From Macrostomum lignano (taxonomy: Eukaryota): 64,000 nucleotides of DNA. A program made the translations under genes and the position numbers. This document shows, piece by piece, positions 1-11,709 of the stretch (the stretch's first letter is position 1; each line of letters opens with the position of its first letter). Where the stretch lies: assembly GCA_002269645.1 (NCBI GenBank), contig NIVC01002192.1:1-64000 (forward strand). The letters are read 5' to 3'. The notes beneath the pieces were generated by a model, which did no database searches, was not told where the DNA came from, and saw only the letters and a program-made list of their open reading frames with translations.

Positions 1-148
1 ACTTTATGTTAACTTATATTTTCCAAGTCAGTAACATTTATTTCCAACACCTCATAGAAATAGTCTTTATCAGAACTTTTCGACTGTAGATTTGAAAATC
101 CATTTTCAAATATAAGGATTTTTTGGTCTCAAGTTGCAAGAGGGCAGC

Positions 149-1675
149 TTACGAACAGGACGGAAGAGTACATACATAGCTGGTCCGTGGTCCACTGGAA
201 GTGTAGCTAGAATAAGTGGGATAGCTGCTGGAATAGTATGAACTGCTTCCGCACGATGGCAGACTCCATACATAGCTGGTCCGTGGTCCACTGGAAGTGT
301 AGCTAGAATAAGTGGGATAGCTGCTGGAATAGTATGAACTGCTTCCGCACGATGGCAGACTCCATACGTAGCTGGTCCGTGTCCACTGGAAGTGTAGCTA
401 GAATAAGTGGGATAGCTGCTGGAATAGTATGAACTGCTTCCGCACGATGGCAGACTCCATACGTAGCTGGTCCGTGGTCCACTGGAAGTGTAGCTAGAAT
501 AAGTGGGATAGCTGCTGGAATAGTATGAACTGCTTCCGCACGATGGCAGGCTCCATACGTAGCTCGTCCGTGTCCACTGGAAGTGTAGCTAGAATAAGTG
601 GGATAGCTGCTGGAATAGTATGAACTGCTTCGCACGATGGCAGACTCCATACGTAGCTCGTCCGCGGTCCACTTGAATAGCTAGGGTAGTAGCTAGAATA
701 GCGAGAGTAGTAGCTAGAGTAGCTAGGGTAGTAGCTAGAATAGCGAGAGTAGTAGCTAGAATAGCGAGAATAGCTGGGGTAGTAGCTAGAATAGCGAGAA
801 TAGCTTGGGTAGTAGCTGGAATAGCGAGAGTAGTAGCTAGAATAGCGAGAATAGCTTGGGTAGTAGCTGGAATAGCGAGAATAGCTGGGGTAGTAGCTGG
901 AATAGCGAGAATAGCTGGGGTAGTAGCTAGAATAGCGAGAATAGCTGGGGTAGTAGCTGGAATAGCGAGAATAGCTGGGGTAGTAGCTAGAATAGCGAGA
1001 ATAGCTGGGGTAGTAGCTGGAATAGCGAGAATAGCTGGGGTAGTAGCTAGAATAGCGAGAATAGCTTGGGTAGTAGCTAGAATAGCGAGAATAGCTTGGG
1101 TAGTAGCTGGAATAGCGAGAATAGCTGGGGTAGTAGCTGGAATAGCGAGAATAGCTGGGGTAGTAGCTGGAATAGCGAGAATAGCTGGGGTAGTAGCTAG
1201 AATAGCGAGAATAGCTGGGGTAGTAGCTAGAATAGCGAGAATAGCTGGGGTAGTAGCTAGAATAGCGAGAATAGCTGGGGTAGTAGCTAGAATAGCGAGA
1301 ATAGCTTGGGTAGTAGCTGGAATAGCGAGAATAGCTGGGGTAGTAGCTGGAATAGCGAGAATAGCTGGGGTAGTAGCTGGAATAGCGAGAATAGCTGGGG
1401 TAGTAGCTGGAATAGCGAGAATAGCTGGGGTAGTAGCTGGAATAGCGAGAATAGCTGGGGTAGTAGCTGGAATAGCGAGAATAGCTGGGGTAGTAGCTAG
1501 AATAGCGAGAATAGCTGGGGTAGTATCCGCTTGAACCGTAGCGACCCGATCCATAGCTTCCGATTCCGCCTGATCCGTAGCCGGAGCCGATACTCCTGGC
1601 TTGTGTGAGACCCTGGCAGCTGCCAGTGACAGCGGCAAGCAGCAACAGCACTCCGAGACAAAGCTTGATGTCCAT
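149..1675 (-). CDS. Intronless secreted Tyr/Ser-rich tandem-repeat protein (signal peptide, Gly/Ser/Tyr linker, about 27 x YSRYSSYYPS, about 5 x 32-aa Cys/Trp-containing repeat); three 1-nt deletions break the frame in the C-terminal repeats
   Basis: ATG at 1675 starts a hydrophobic signal peptide (MDIKLCLGVLLLLAAVTGSCQG). A 30-bp coding repeat spans about 690-1522. A 96-bp repeat (TSSGPRTSYVWSLPSCGSSSYYSSSYPTYSSY) spans about 160-675. Comparing copies shows single-base losses at about 631, 571 and 381. Restoring them gives one frame ending SYVCTLPSCS-TAA (149-151). TATAAAA lies about 70 bp upstream. Confidence 0.8.
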
Positions 1676-1742
1676 GATTGCGACGTCAAGCAGGTAAGTT
1701 TAGTGATAAAGAAATTGTAAATTGGGTTGAGGTCGACGCTGG

Positions 1743-1749
1743 TTTTATA
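1743..1749 (-). promoter_or_regulatory. TATA box of the Tyr/Ser-rich gene
   Basis: TATAAAA on the minus strand, 68 bp upstream of the ATG at 1675. This spacing fits a start site near 1715-1720 and a short 5' UTR. Confidence 0.6.
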
Positions 1750-2929
1750 TGAATTTAAGGGGCCTAGCACCTGTCAGGTGCACCTGAGTGCCACGAAGCT
1801 TTCCTGTCGTCCGCTGCATGGAAGAAGAACTTAAAGACAAAGTTAGTGGCATAGCGGCAATCAGAAATCAGTTTTGAAGGAAATTTTCTTTTTAACCAAA
1901 GCTTTCGCCTTGACAAACAGAGGTCCCAGCCGCTTAATTGACTCTCTCGAAAGTAAATGCTGACGTGTTCATAACATTTGTGCGACGTGGCACAAGTCTG
2001 TTGGAACAGCCGCAGTATTCTTCCTAAAAGAAAAGTTCCAGCTGTATTTGTACAATTGACTGCGCAGACCAAAGCGCGGGAAAGGGGCTGCATAAATTAC
2101 GTCGTAATTGCAGTTTTTACCTGAATTTTCCACGACTGTGATTCGAAGTAGCCTTCTGCGACTCTGCCAAATGAGTTCCGGGTAGGCCACAGCTTAGGCC
2201 ACAGAAATCCGGTAGATGGTTGAAGTAGGAGAGAAGGAGATGTGGGGGCATCCGTAAATTCGTGTAGTAAAAGCAGTTTAGCCGAGCGCAGAGGGCGCAC
2301 TTCATTTCATCGAGCCGATTCGCATTTCACTGGGGAATGTTGCGCAAATGGCCGACTGTCTGAACTCTGAGGTTGCGCCGGTGGTAGGGCGTGCGAGGGC
2401 ACGGGGGAAATGAGGGGTTTGGCGGAAGACGAAGCCGGGGCTGCGGCCGGACTTACTTGGGCTGGGGGCACGCAAGTACAGCGGGGGTGGGTTGGATTCC
2501 TGCCCCCTCCCGATCCCATCATAACTTCGGAAGCACGCAAAGTGACGCTGAATTCACGGCCCCAAATGGTGCCTTCGAAAGCCGGTTAAGCTGCCACAGA
2601 AACGTTCTGCCCATTTGCCCCTTGATTTTGGCGTTCTCGTTCAGCATCGCAATCCGGACTACGATGAAGTCCACTACCCGCACCGTCGTGAGCAGGAGCT
2701 CAGCAGCGTTCTCCAGCACCAGGTATGAAGGGACAATGACCAGAAGTTACCCATCGCACACTATAGAGTTCTCCGATCCTTCCGTTGGGTCAAATTCAAA
2801 GTTATCGTCTGCCATCCCTCCTGTTTGACAAAGACTTTAAAAGCGATAGTTAAATGGCGTCTTCAGATTTATTGGTTTAACTTAACTTAAGCGTCCTGCC
2901 CTGACTCCAACCAAACCTGCTTCACCGCC

Positions 2930-3264
2930 CGAGCAGCAGCAGCTACTCGGCCTCGCTGGAGACCCGGAATGTCCGTACGGTTGAGTCCAGCTACAGCTGC
3001 CTCTCCAACGAGCAGTTCAGCGGCTTCACGAGGCCAGCCATCATGGCTACCCATGGCAAGGACGAGTCTTCGGCCAGTCTGCAAGCCGGAGAGGCGGCGG
3101 GCGAGACCGAGACTGCCTGGCACAGCTACGTCCGAAGCCTGGAACGGCGGCACAGAGAACGGAGCAGCAACAGCGGAGGCAGCCGGGACTGGCCAGCTCT
3201 GGCGGGCATTCGAGAGGCTCTGGTGAGGGCGGGGGTCTTGGAATCCACGCTTACTAAATATTAA
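2930..3264 (+). CDS. Putative terminal coding exon of an unidentified gene
   Basis: Open frame SSSYSASLETRNVRTVESSYSCLSNEQFSGFTRPAIMATHGKDE...LTKY-TAA with high G/C at third codon positions. A possible upstream exon ends at CAG|GTATGA (about 2722). No family recognised. Confidence 0.35.
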
Positions 3265-3943
3265 GTACAACTCTATAAAGCTCCTGAGCCTGCCAAGCTA
3301 TCAACTCTGTGATTTCGTCATTTGCATTTGAAGTAAAGATAAATGAATGATGATTCAAAACAGGTTTTAAGAGCTAATTAACAAGGTATAATTAACTAAA
3401 GTAATAAACAATTATCTGATTGTATGAAGCTGACAACATTGAAAAAAAGAATACAACCATTCAAGGAACTTCAGTGCCCAGAGCCTGTAAATATTTTGCT
3501 CAAATAGGAACAGACAAAATATGAAAATTGCAAGCGAGGACACAGAGTGCGAGCGACCGACAGGGATTCAACAACCAACGAAAATTTCAAAGGTAAAGCA
3601 TAAAAGTGGATAAATGTAACGCTAAATGATTGCCTATAGCAACAATCTAATAACAGAAATTTCAGACAAAATGTCTGGGACTAAAATATTAAAAATAGTT
3701 TAATCAAACAACCTTTTAGGCTCAGGTAAGCGGCAGAAAACGTATTAAATTCTAATTCGACAATCGGTCATTAGAAATCTTATGAAACTGAAAGGGTTGA
3801 TTTAATGAACTGCTGTGCCAGCGCTGGGGTCGTCCCTTAAACCATAAAAATTCTCCAAAACGAAGCCCTGTATGCGGAAGGAATATTTATGGGGGCGAGC
3901 CTCAAGGCTGTGCCAAAACGCCTGGGATACAAAATACAAAAGA

Positions 3944-5022
3944 GACAATGAGAGAGGGTCAGTTGTCCATGTTAGTGCCTGACAATGAGAGAAGGTCAGT
4001 TGTCCATGTGAGTGCCTGACAATGAGAAGGTCGGTTGTTCATGTGAGTGCCTGACAATGAGAGAAGGTCAGTTGTCCATGTGAGTGCCTGACAATGAGAA
4101 GGTCAGTTGTCCATGTTAGTGCCTGACAATGAGAGGGTCAGTTGTTCATGTTAGTGCCTGACAATGAGAGGGTCAGTTGTTCATGTGAGTGCCTGACAAT
4201 GAGAGGATCAGTTGTCCATGTGAGTGCCTGACAATGAGAGGGTCAGTTGTTCATGTTAGTGCCTGACAATGAGAGGGTCAGTTGTCCATGTGAGTGCCTG
4301 ACAATGAGAAGGTCAGTTGTTTATGTTAGTGCCTGACAATGAGGTCAGTTGTTCATCTTAGTGCCTGACAATGAGAAGGTCAGTTGTTCATGTTAGTGCC
4401 TGACAATGAGAGGGTCAGTTGTTCATGTGAGTGCCTGACAATGAGAGGGTCAGTTGTCCATGTTAGTGCCTGACAATGAGAGGGTCAGTTGTTCATGTGA
4501 GTGCCTGACAATGAGAAGGTCAGTTGTCCATGTTAGTGCCTGACAATGAGAGGGTCAGTTGTTCATGTGAGTGCCTGACAATGAGAAGGTCAGTTGTCCA
4601 TGTTAGTGCCTGACAATGAGAAGGTCAGTTGTCCATGTGAGTGCCTGACAATGAGAGGGTCAGTTGTTCATGTTAGTGCCTGACAATGAGAGGGTCAGTT
4701 GTCCATGTGAGTGCCTGACAATGAGAAGGTCAGTTGTTTATGTTAGTGCCTGACAATGAGGTCAGTTGTTCATCTTAGTGCCTGACAATGAGAAGGTCAG
4801 TTGTTCATGTTAGTGCCTGACAATGAGAGGGTCAGTTGTTCATGTGAGTGCCTGACAATGAGAGGGTCAGTTGTCCATGTTAGTGCCTGACAATGAGAGG
4901 GTCAGTTGTTCATGTGAGTGCCTGACAATGAGAAGGTCAGTTGTCCATGTTAGTGCCTGACAATGAGAAGGTCAGTTGTCCATGTTAGTGCCTGACAATA
5001 AGAAGGTCAGTTGTCCATGTTA
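3944..5022. repeat. 35-bp minisatellite (about 30 copies)
   Basis: Unit gcctgacaatgagagggtcagttgtccatgttagt. Rare variants recur about 417 bp apart (4321 and 4738), indicating a higher-order duplication. Confidence 0.95.
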
Positions 5023-5449
5023 GTGCGTCTTTGAGTTCAGCAAAATGGCCTTTGATTTGAAGCAGTTCACAAGCCCCCAGCGACTAAGTGCGAGCCCTGA
5101 TAACCATCTAAACTGACACGTACAGCTTTCGTGCTGGTCCTTGCACGGTTTACCCCAGTGTTGAATCTGGGAAAGTGAAGCAGAAGGAAGCCACACGCTG
5201 CAGAATTCAAACACTGATACGGGAAGCTTTCAGTTTATTAGCACTAAACTGGCAATATCCCACCTTCTGGACTTCCGAGTTGCAAAGGATTTTGTTTACC
5301 TGCATAATTAAAAAAATATTGCACGCCAGGAAAGCATAAAATACGGTTGCGTTCTTACTGTTTTCTTTTGAGATTAAATGGGATTTAACCATAGACAGTT
5401 GGGTCATTTGAAACTTCACATTAGCAACCTGGCCCGCTCAGGGTCTGTG

Positions 5450-5535
5450 TCTCTTCTCAGCTCTCTCTTCTCTCCTCTCTCATCGCCTCTCCCCTCTCCT
5501 CTCTCTCCTCCCAACTCTCCTCTCTTCTCTCTCTA
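5450..5535. repeat. Degenerate (CT)n microsatellite
   Basis: CT-rich tract read directly from the sequence. Confidence 0.85.
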
Positions 5536-5996
5536 GCCGCATCCACGCGCTAGGAGGCAGGAACAGCTGAAATTCATTTGGAACTTTGCCTGCCCGCGGG
5601 TCTCCAGTAGCATTTTCTAAACAATACAGCCTCAACCTCAGGTAAATCAACCTCGGTCAAAACGCATGCCTGCTTGTTTGCAACTCGGAGGACCAGAAGG
5701 AGAGACATCGGCAATTTGGTGCTAAAAAACGGAAAACTTGCAGCTTTGTTTTGCAACGAAATCGGCCTTGAAGTGTAAATGTATGGCGTCCTACTAGTTG
5801 CCTACGAGCAGATTTGCGGACAGACGACACCAGAAGACGCCCAGATTTATCCGGAGGCACCGATGGCACCTCCATGACGCGGCGTTGCTAACGATAATCT
5901 AAGCGAGGTCAACAATGAATAATTCGAATTCCGAGTTGGAGCCACAACACTGCCACTTGTCTTTGTGGTTCTTAAACCGCATAGCAACAAAGACCT

Positions 5997-6761
5997 TCAG
6001 AGGCCCAGCAGGCGCGGAACGTCAGCCAGGGAGCTCACAATGTGCGTGGCGCCGGCCTCTCGAAGCAGCTCGGCGTTGCCGACCCCGCTGAGGACGCCGA
6101 CGCAGGCGGCAAGTCCGGCGTTGCGGCCAAGTCGCATGTCGGTGCCGGTGTCTCCCACCATGACGGCGCGGGCGGGCGCGGTGCCGAGCCGGGAGCAGAC
6201 GGAAAGCGCCGCGCTGGCGTGCGGCTTCGGCTGGACGTCCGGGTCGTCACCGCAGGCCGCCGCACCCACGAGGGGCTGCAGGCCGCCGCGGTCGAGCGCC
6301 GCTTCCGTCTCGGCCCGGTCGTCCGAAGTGCAAAGGCCGATGAGGAGCCCCGCAGCGGTCAGTCGCTCGAACGTCTCTCTGGTGCCATCAATGAAGCGAA
6401 GGCGACCGCGGTCGAGCTCGCAGCCGAAGGTGACGCGGCGCACGGTGGCCTCGGCGAGCTCGGCGCTGACACCGCTCTCAACGGCCAGCTGCACGAGCGC
6501 ATCAGCAATGTCCTTCTTGGTGCCCTCTGCTAGCAGACCGGGGCCCGTGCGCCGGGTCTCGGGGTCCACACCGAGGCGCCGCAGGATGGGCAGTTGAAGG
6601 TCCTGACGGTCTAGAAGCCGGGTGATCTCGCTGGCCACCTCCTCGGCCCAGGGCGACCACATGGCATGGAAACAGACCACCGTGCCGTCCTTGTCAAACA
6701 GCACGCAGTTGATGTCGCTGAGAGGCTGCTCCAGCTCCAGCTGCGGGGACTCCACGGGCAT
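5997..6761 (-). CDS. HAD-superfamily hydrolase (phosphoglycolate phosphatase-like, class IA), intronless
   Basis: Motif I VLFDKDGT, motif II CTSD, motif III KP and motif IV MVGDTGTD are all present. First ATG at 6761 (MPVESPQ), preceded by an acceptor-like cctcag. Stop at 5997. Confidence 0.88.
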   Translation of the reverse strand: MPVESPQLELEQPLSDINCVLFDKDGTVVCFHAMWSPWAEEVASEITRLLDRQDLQLPILRRLGVDPETRRTGPGLLAEGTKKDIADALVQLAVESGVSAELAEATVRRVTFGCELDRGRLRFIDGTRETFERLTAAGLLIGLCTSDDRAETEAALDRGGLQPLVGAAACGDDPDVQPKPHASAALSVCSRLGTAPARAVMVGDTGTDMRLGRNAGLAACVGVLSGVGNAELLREAGATHIVSSLADVPRLLGL

Positions 6762-7375
6762 TTTTCTGAGGCTTATCAGGCGCACACTTTGAGAGGCCGA
6801 GACGGGAAGCTCAGCGCAGGCTGGGCGCTTCGTTTAAAGTTGCGGAGCTCCGCTGTCCAGCTAGGATTCTTGGTCACGTGATCCGAATGGAAGCCGAGAA
6901 ATCTGCAGCAAGTTGCTCAGGAGAACTTTTCCTTCCTCTCTGCACTCTGTCCCCTGAGTACACTGGTGCACTCTGAATCGGTCGGGCAGGCAGAGATGGA
7001 GAAAGCGCTGAGCTGCTCCTGTGCGGGAGGATCTGGATTGAACTGGCTGGGGAGGCTGTGATGAAGGATGAAGGCTGGGCTTTCAAGTGCTCTGCTTGCC
7101 TGCCTAAGAAGTGACAAGATGCACTTAGGAGTGGAAAAATGCTTTGAGTTCGTCAGCTTTCTCAAGTATTTCTCCCCCGCGCACAGTCTACTGCGGAAGA
7201 AGTGCTGCAAATGTATTTGAAAATCTCTGGAATCAACCTACTGATTTTTATATATTTAAATTTGTTTAAATTCACTAAATTTTACTATGGAAAACTATTT
7301 TTCATCGCGTTGATGCTCGAATTGTGACAGTAACCAATGAAAATAATTTAATGATATGTGAAGCAGTTGTAGAGT

Positions 7376-9600
7376 CTAAGAGCCGTCCGAAGTGCCGGCC
7401 TGGCCATTCTTAGGCGAAGAAGGCCGGCGCCACCTGAGGCCGCCGCCTCCGTCGGCGTCGGACCGGAAGCCGGCCGCAATGGCCTCGATGGGGCGGCCCT
7501 TGGTCTCGGGCAGGCAGCAGAACAGGAACAGCAGGAAGGCGGCCGTCAGGACGGAGAACGGCAGGAACAGCAGGCTACCCAGGTGCTTCACGAGCACCGG
7601 GAACACCAGGCCGACCGCGAAGTTGGCCAGCCAGTTCACCAGCACTCCGATGGCGTTGGCCGCCGACCGCGCCTCCTGCTGGAACATCTCCGAGATCATC
7701 AGCCAGGGAATGGAGCCCGGGCCCAGAGCGAAGAACACCACAATGAGCAGGGCAAAGCAGATGCTGGCGTAGGTGAGAGCGCCGGCCGGCGTGGCGGCTG
7801 CGCTGCGGCTGTGCAGGCTGAAGCAGATGGTGAAGCCCACGGAGCTGACGAGCACGCCGAGCAGGCCGGTCAGGTGCAGGCAGCGTCGGCCCACCCGGTC
7901 CATCAGCGGCACCGTCACGCCGGTCATCGCCACCATCACGCAGCCGACAGCCACCGTGGCAAACTTGGACGCCTGCGGACTGGCACCGGCCGCCTCGAAC
8001 AGGTCGCTGGAGTAATAGAAGATCACGTTGATGCCGGACAGCTGCTGGGACAGGTGCAGCACCAGGCCGATGAGCAGCGGCCGGCGGAGCTCCGGCTGGG
8101 AGCAGAGCTTTGCCGCCGTTGCTGACGATGAGGCCGACGACCCAGTGGACCGCTCGGCGTCGATCTCGGCCAGCTCCGCGTCCACGAAATCGTGACCCCG
8201 TAGAGTGGCCAGCGCGGACCGGGCTGCTGCCTCGGAGCGCCGGGTGAGCAGGAGGTGGCGCGGGCTCTCCGGGCAGCAGGGCAGCAACGCCAGCTGCAGG
8301 AGGCAGGGCGCGGCTGACAGGGCGAACAGCAGCGGCCAGAGGCCCGGCCGCCCCAGCAGCGAGTCGGTGCTGGCTACCTGGGACAGCAGAAGTCCGGACA
8401 CCACGCCGAGCTGGTTGAGCACGCCGAAGCCGCCGCGGAGTCGCCTGGGCGCGGTCTCGCTGATGTAGAGCGGCACAACGCTGGTGTACACGGCGCTGCA
8501 GAACCCGGTGGCGAGGCGACCCAGCACCAGCAGCTCTGGACTGGAGGCGACGCTCGACAGGCTGCAGGCGATGGCGGCCGCGATGCCGAAGCCGCTGTTT
8601 CCGAGCAGTGCGCGGGAGCGGCCGAGCCTGCAGGAGAATGGGGAAGCCAGGTGGTGCGCTGTAGCTGTGCAGCACGGACTTTTGTAACTAAAGGCAGGCA
8701 GTCACTGCCATCCAAAAAGCGAAAAGTGCTTCCTTAGGCCCAGTAGGACTTTGCACAGCGGGTTCAAATTCTACTACTTATCAGTAAAATACACTGCCCA
8801 CTTGTCTCTATGCAGATGTGCCAGTAGTGCGCTATAGTAGTACGCGAGACCAGGATTGTTTGTATTATTTTGTGCGCTGCATGAGCTCAGGAATGTTCTG
8901 CCGAGCCCGAGGAGATAAGTATTCTCATAATTAATACAATGTGCAGCCGGCTACTGCAGCGAGTGCGAACCAGATTGCGCCAGTGCAGGTCAGCACGTTG
9001 TTGGAAGCACGTGTTTCAAGTGAGTCACTGCTCTGACAAGCCTTATGAACATTTCCGACAATTTTGTGTGCGTAAGACAGTCAACAAGTTCTTGTTCCCC
9101 TGCCTGTCGATACCAAATACATGTAGGCTTTCGGTACTCAGGAAAGATTCAAAGCGATCATGCAGATCAACAAAATAATTACACATTAGAGACTCCCAGC
9201 GGAGACTCACTCAACCTCAAATCAGAACACAGAACTCGACCTGCCCACACCTGTCAGCGAGGCAGCCGCCAGTCAGGGCGCCGCCCATGCCTCCAATGGC
9301 GAAGATGGAGACCACGAGAGACCACAGCAGCTCCAGCTGGTAGTCGCTCAGCTGCCGGTCGAACCGGTCCGCCACAGACTGGTTGAGAAAGCTGACGATG
9401 CCGTCCTTGGGGTTGTTGATGACGCCGGTGTTCCAGCCGAAGTGGACGGCGCCCCAGAAGGCGGCCAGCACGGAGAGCGCCAGGCGCCAAGTGACTCGGT
9501 CGCGACTGTCCTGAACTGCGCTGACAGCCGCTTCGGGGGCGGCTTTGGGGGCCGCCTGAGAGGCGGAGAGCAGCTTCTGTTCGGAACGCTCGCTCTCCAT
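7376..9600 (-). CDS. SLC2A/GLUT-family facilitated sugar transporter (MFS), 2 exons, about 533 aa
   Basis: Exons 9600-9251 and 8627-7376. The intron is GT..AG and joins DR|LGRSRALL in phase 2. Motifs: GWNTGVINNP, GRLATG, PLYISETAP, PESPR, SQQLSGINVIFYY, GPGSIPW, PETKG. Confidence 0.93.
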
Positions 9601-10594
9601 CGGAAACTATGCCGGCTCTCTGACTAGTGCAGTACCTGCTGTAGTGAGTCTGGTTGCTCTCTGTGTTATCTTCTCTCTCCTCTTGCCCAGCTCTGTCTCG
9701 TTTGTCACCCAGCCCACTTTTATTGGCACGACTGACGCGTCTCGCCAGTGCGCCGGCGGCCACCCCTCCGCCAACACAAGAGCCACTCCGGAGCAGGCAG
9801 CGAGAAGAAGATGACCCACATTTAGCTCTGCAGGCCCTCTGGAGCCTCCTACCCAGCCGTTTCCCTCCTCGCCTTCCCTCCGCTGCTCTCAGACAGCAGC
9901 TCTCTTCCGGTTGAACGGCCGGAATGGTTTGCTTGCATCGAGCAGGCAGATGGATCAGCGTCAAACTACAGTTTCCTGTACCGCCTTGAGCTTAGGGATT
10001 AATGCCTGCCTTCCTGTCTGAACCGGTTCAAAGTCACTTCTCTGCAAGCCTCTGTGAGCAATGCCATGTGAAAGACCTACGTGAGAAATACGGTTGCCGA
10101 GAAAGTAGAGTAAATTTGCTTTTCAATCCCATAGAAATGCAAACAGACTGCAAGCAGAAGAGAAAGAGAAGCATCTTATCAAGTCCTTCAATTTCTGTTT
10201 ACAGACAACTCGGCAAGCTGCTGGGTCGGCCAGCTGCAGAGCCCCAGGGGGTCGAGCCAGAATCTTCTTTGTGAACGAATTATGCCCCCCTCACTAACCC
10301 GACACGACCTCCTCCAGGAGCCGCTTATTAACCCGAATTTCGAAGCCTGGGGGACACTCGTAAAAATTGTTTCAATTAAAACAAAACACGAACTCTCTTC
10401 GCACGATCCAGAGAGGAAAATGTTTCATTTGAGTATTTACGGTAACCAGAAAGGCTGCTTGAGTTCAACTCTTCTGTAACAGTAATATACAGCATAATTA
10501 AATAATAATAATGAAAACAGCAAGGCTTATTTATGTATCCGTTTAATGCGTGTGCTGCTTAAAAGTTCGTCAAAACAAACGATCGAAAGCCTAT

Positions 10595-10654
10595 CCATAG
10601 AATTCTAGATAAAGCCGCCTGTTAGTTATCTGTTAGTTATCTAGAATTCTATGG
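10595..10654. mobile_element. 60-bp MITE-like element with 18-bp perfect terminal inverted repeats and 5-bp target-site duplication
   Basis: ccatagaattctagataa (10595-10612) and ttatctagaattctatgg (10637-10654) are exact reverse complements. cctat flanks both ends (10590-10594 and 10655-10659). Confidence 0.6.
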
Positions 10655-11709
10655 CCTATCATAGGCTGACAAGCGACAAAGGTTAAAGCCATTCTCCGAT
10701 TGATCCTCTATGCTGGGATTTTCATCCTCTGTCACTTCATTCGGGTCCATGAGAATTGCCCGCAGACGAATTGCCCGCCGAGGTTTTCCCGCAATGCTTT
10801 TTTCTGCAGCGCATTTAGCAATGTTTAGTAGGTTTTAATAAAGAGATTAACGTTTCGATGGTAACTGCATATCAAATACTTATTTTTCTTGTTTTCATTT
10901 CTATATGCATACAGGACTACATCTGTGAGCTATCAATTCATGCATATGCCATGTCGATTTGTCTCCTAAATCTCTTTATTATTAAGACTTACTACGAGCT
11001 AAGTATGGGGGGGGGCAATTAAGACAAAAGCTGCCGCATTGCTGGCAAATCTCGTGCTCCCGTTTAAACGTCTTTAACGTTTCAGTAAATTAAAGCAGGC
11101 TTTAAGCGAATGGAATAAGATCGAGGCATAAGAACGAGTATAACTCATAACTAACGCCAATTTAATGCTACTGATGTATTGCACTCGTATTCCAGCTGAT
11201 ACATAGTTAGTTCGGAGACCCTCAAACGTTATGAATCAATAAAGTCATGCTGGTGCTCAGTCTTACCCTTGGTTCCCACCAGCCAGCGGAAGCGAGAATA
11301 GATGTTAAACTATCGCGTTATTAATAATACGAGCCAATTCCCCCACACACAAACCCTACAAAAGTTTTCAGCATCAGATGACGCGCCGTTCCCAGACTCG
11401 CAATTCCGGTTGTTTCCCACGGAACCCCTCGCTGGTGCGTCAGCTGAAGTAACATGGTATTAAATATAGCTGAATCCCCGCCCCACATAAAAGACATAAA
11501 GACACTTTAAAGTGGAAGCAGACTTTTAGGGCGGCCAGCATTCGCCCTTTACAATGCCGTCATCAAGCTTTTGTAAAAGTGCAGCTATCCACAACTGCCA
11601 CTCTCCACCACGCTCTGATAACACTGCACTTTTGCGAATTCCCTAATCTATTCTTAATAGTCTTTAAATTAGTCCCTAAATTATATTAGACTAGATTTGA
11701 TCCATATAG

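Noticed and set aside
589-1770. 393-aa ILAIPATTPA ORF and the SSWNSENSWG ORF
   Set aside because: Alternative frames of the Tyr/Ser coding repeat. Only the frame starting at 1675 has a true ATG and a signal peptide.
3400-5875. Possible small multi-exon minus-strand gene downstream of the HAD gene, hosting the 35-bp array in an intron
   Set aside because: Several acceptor-like sites and short protein-like frames exist, but I could not build a phase-consistent model or recognise a family.
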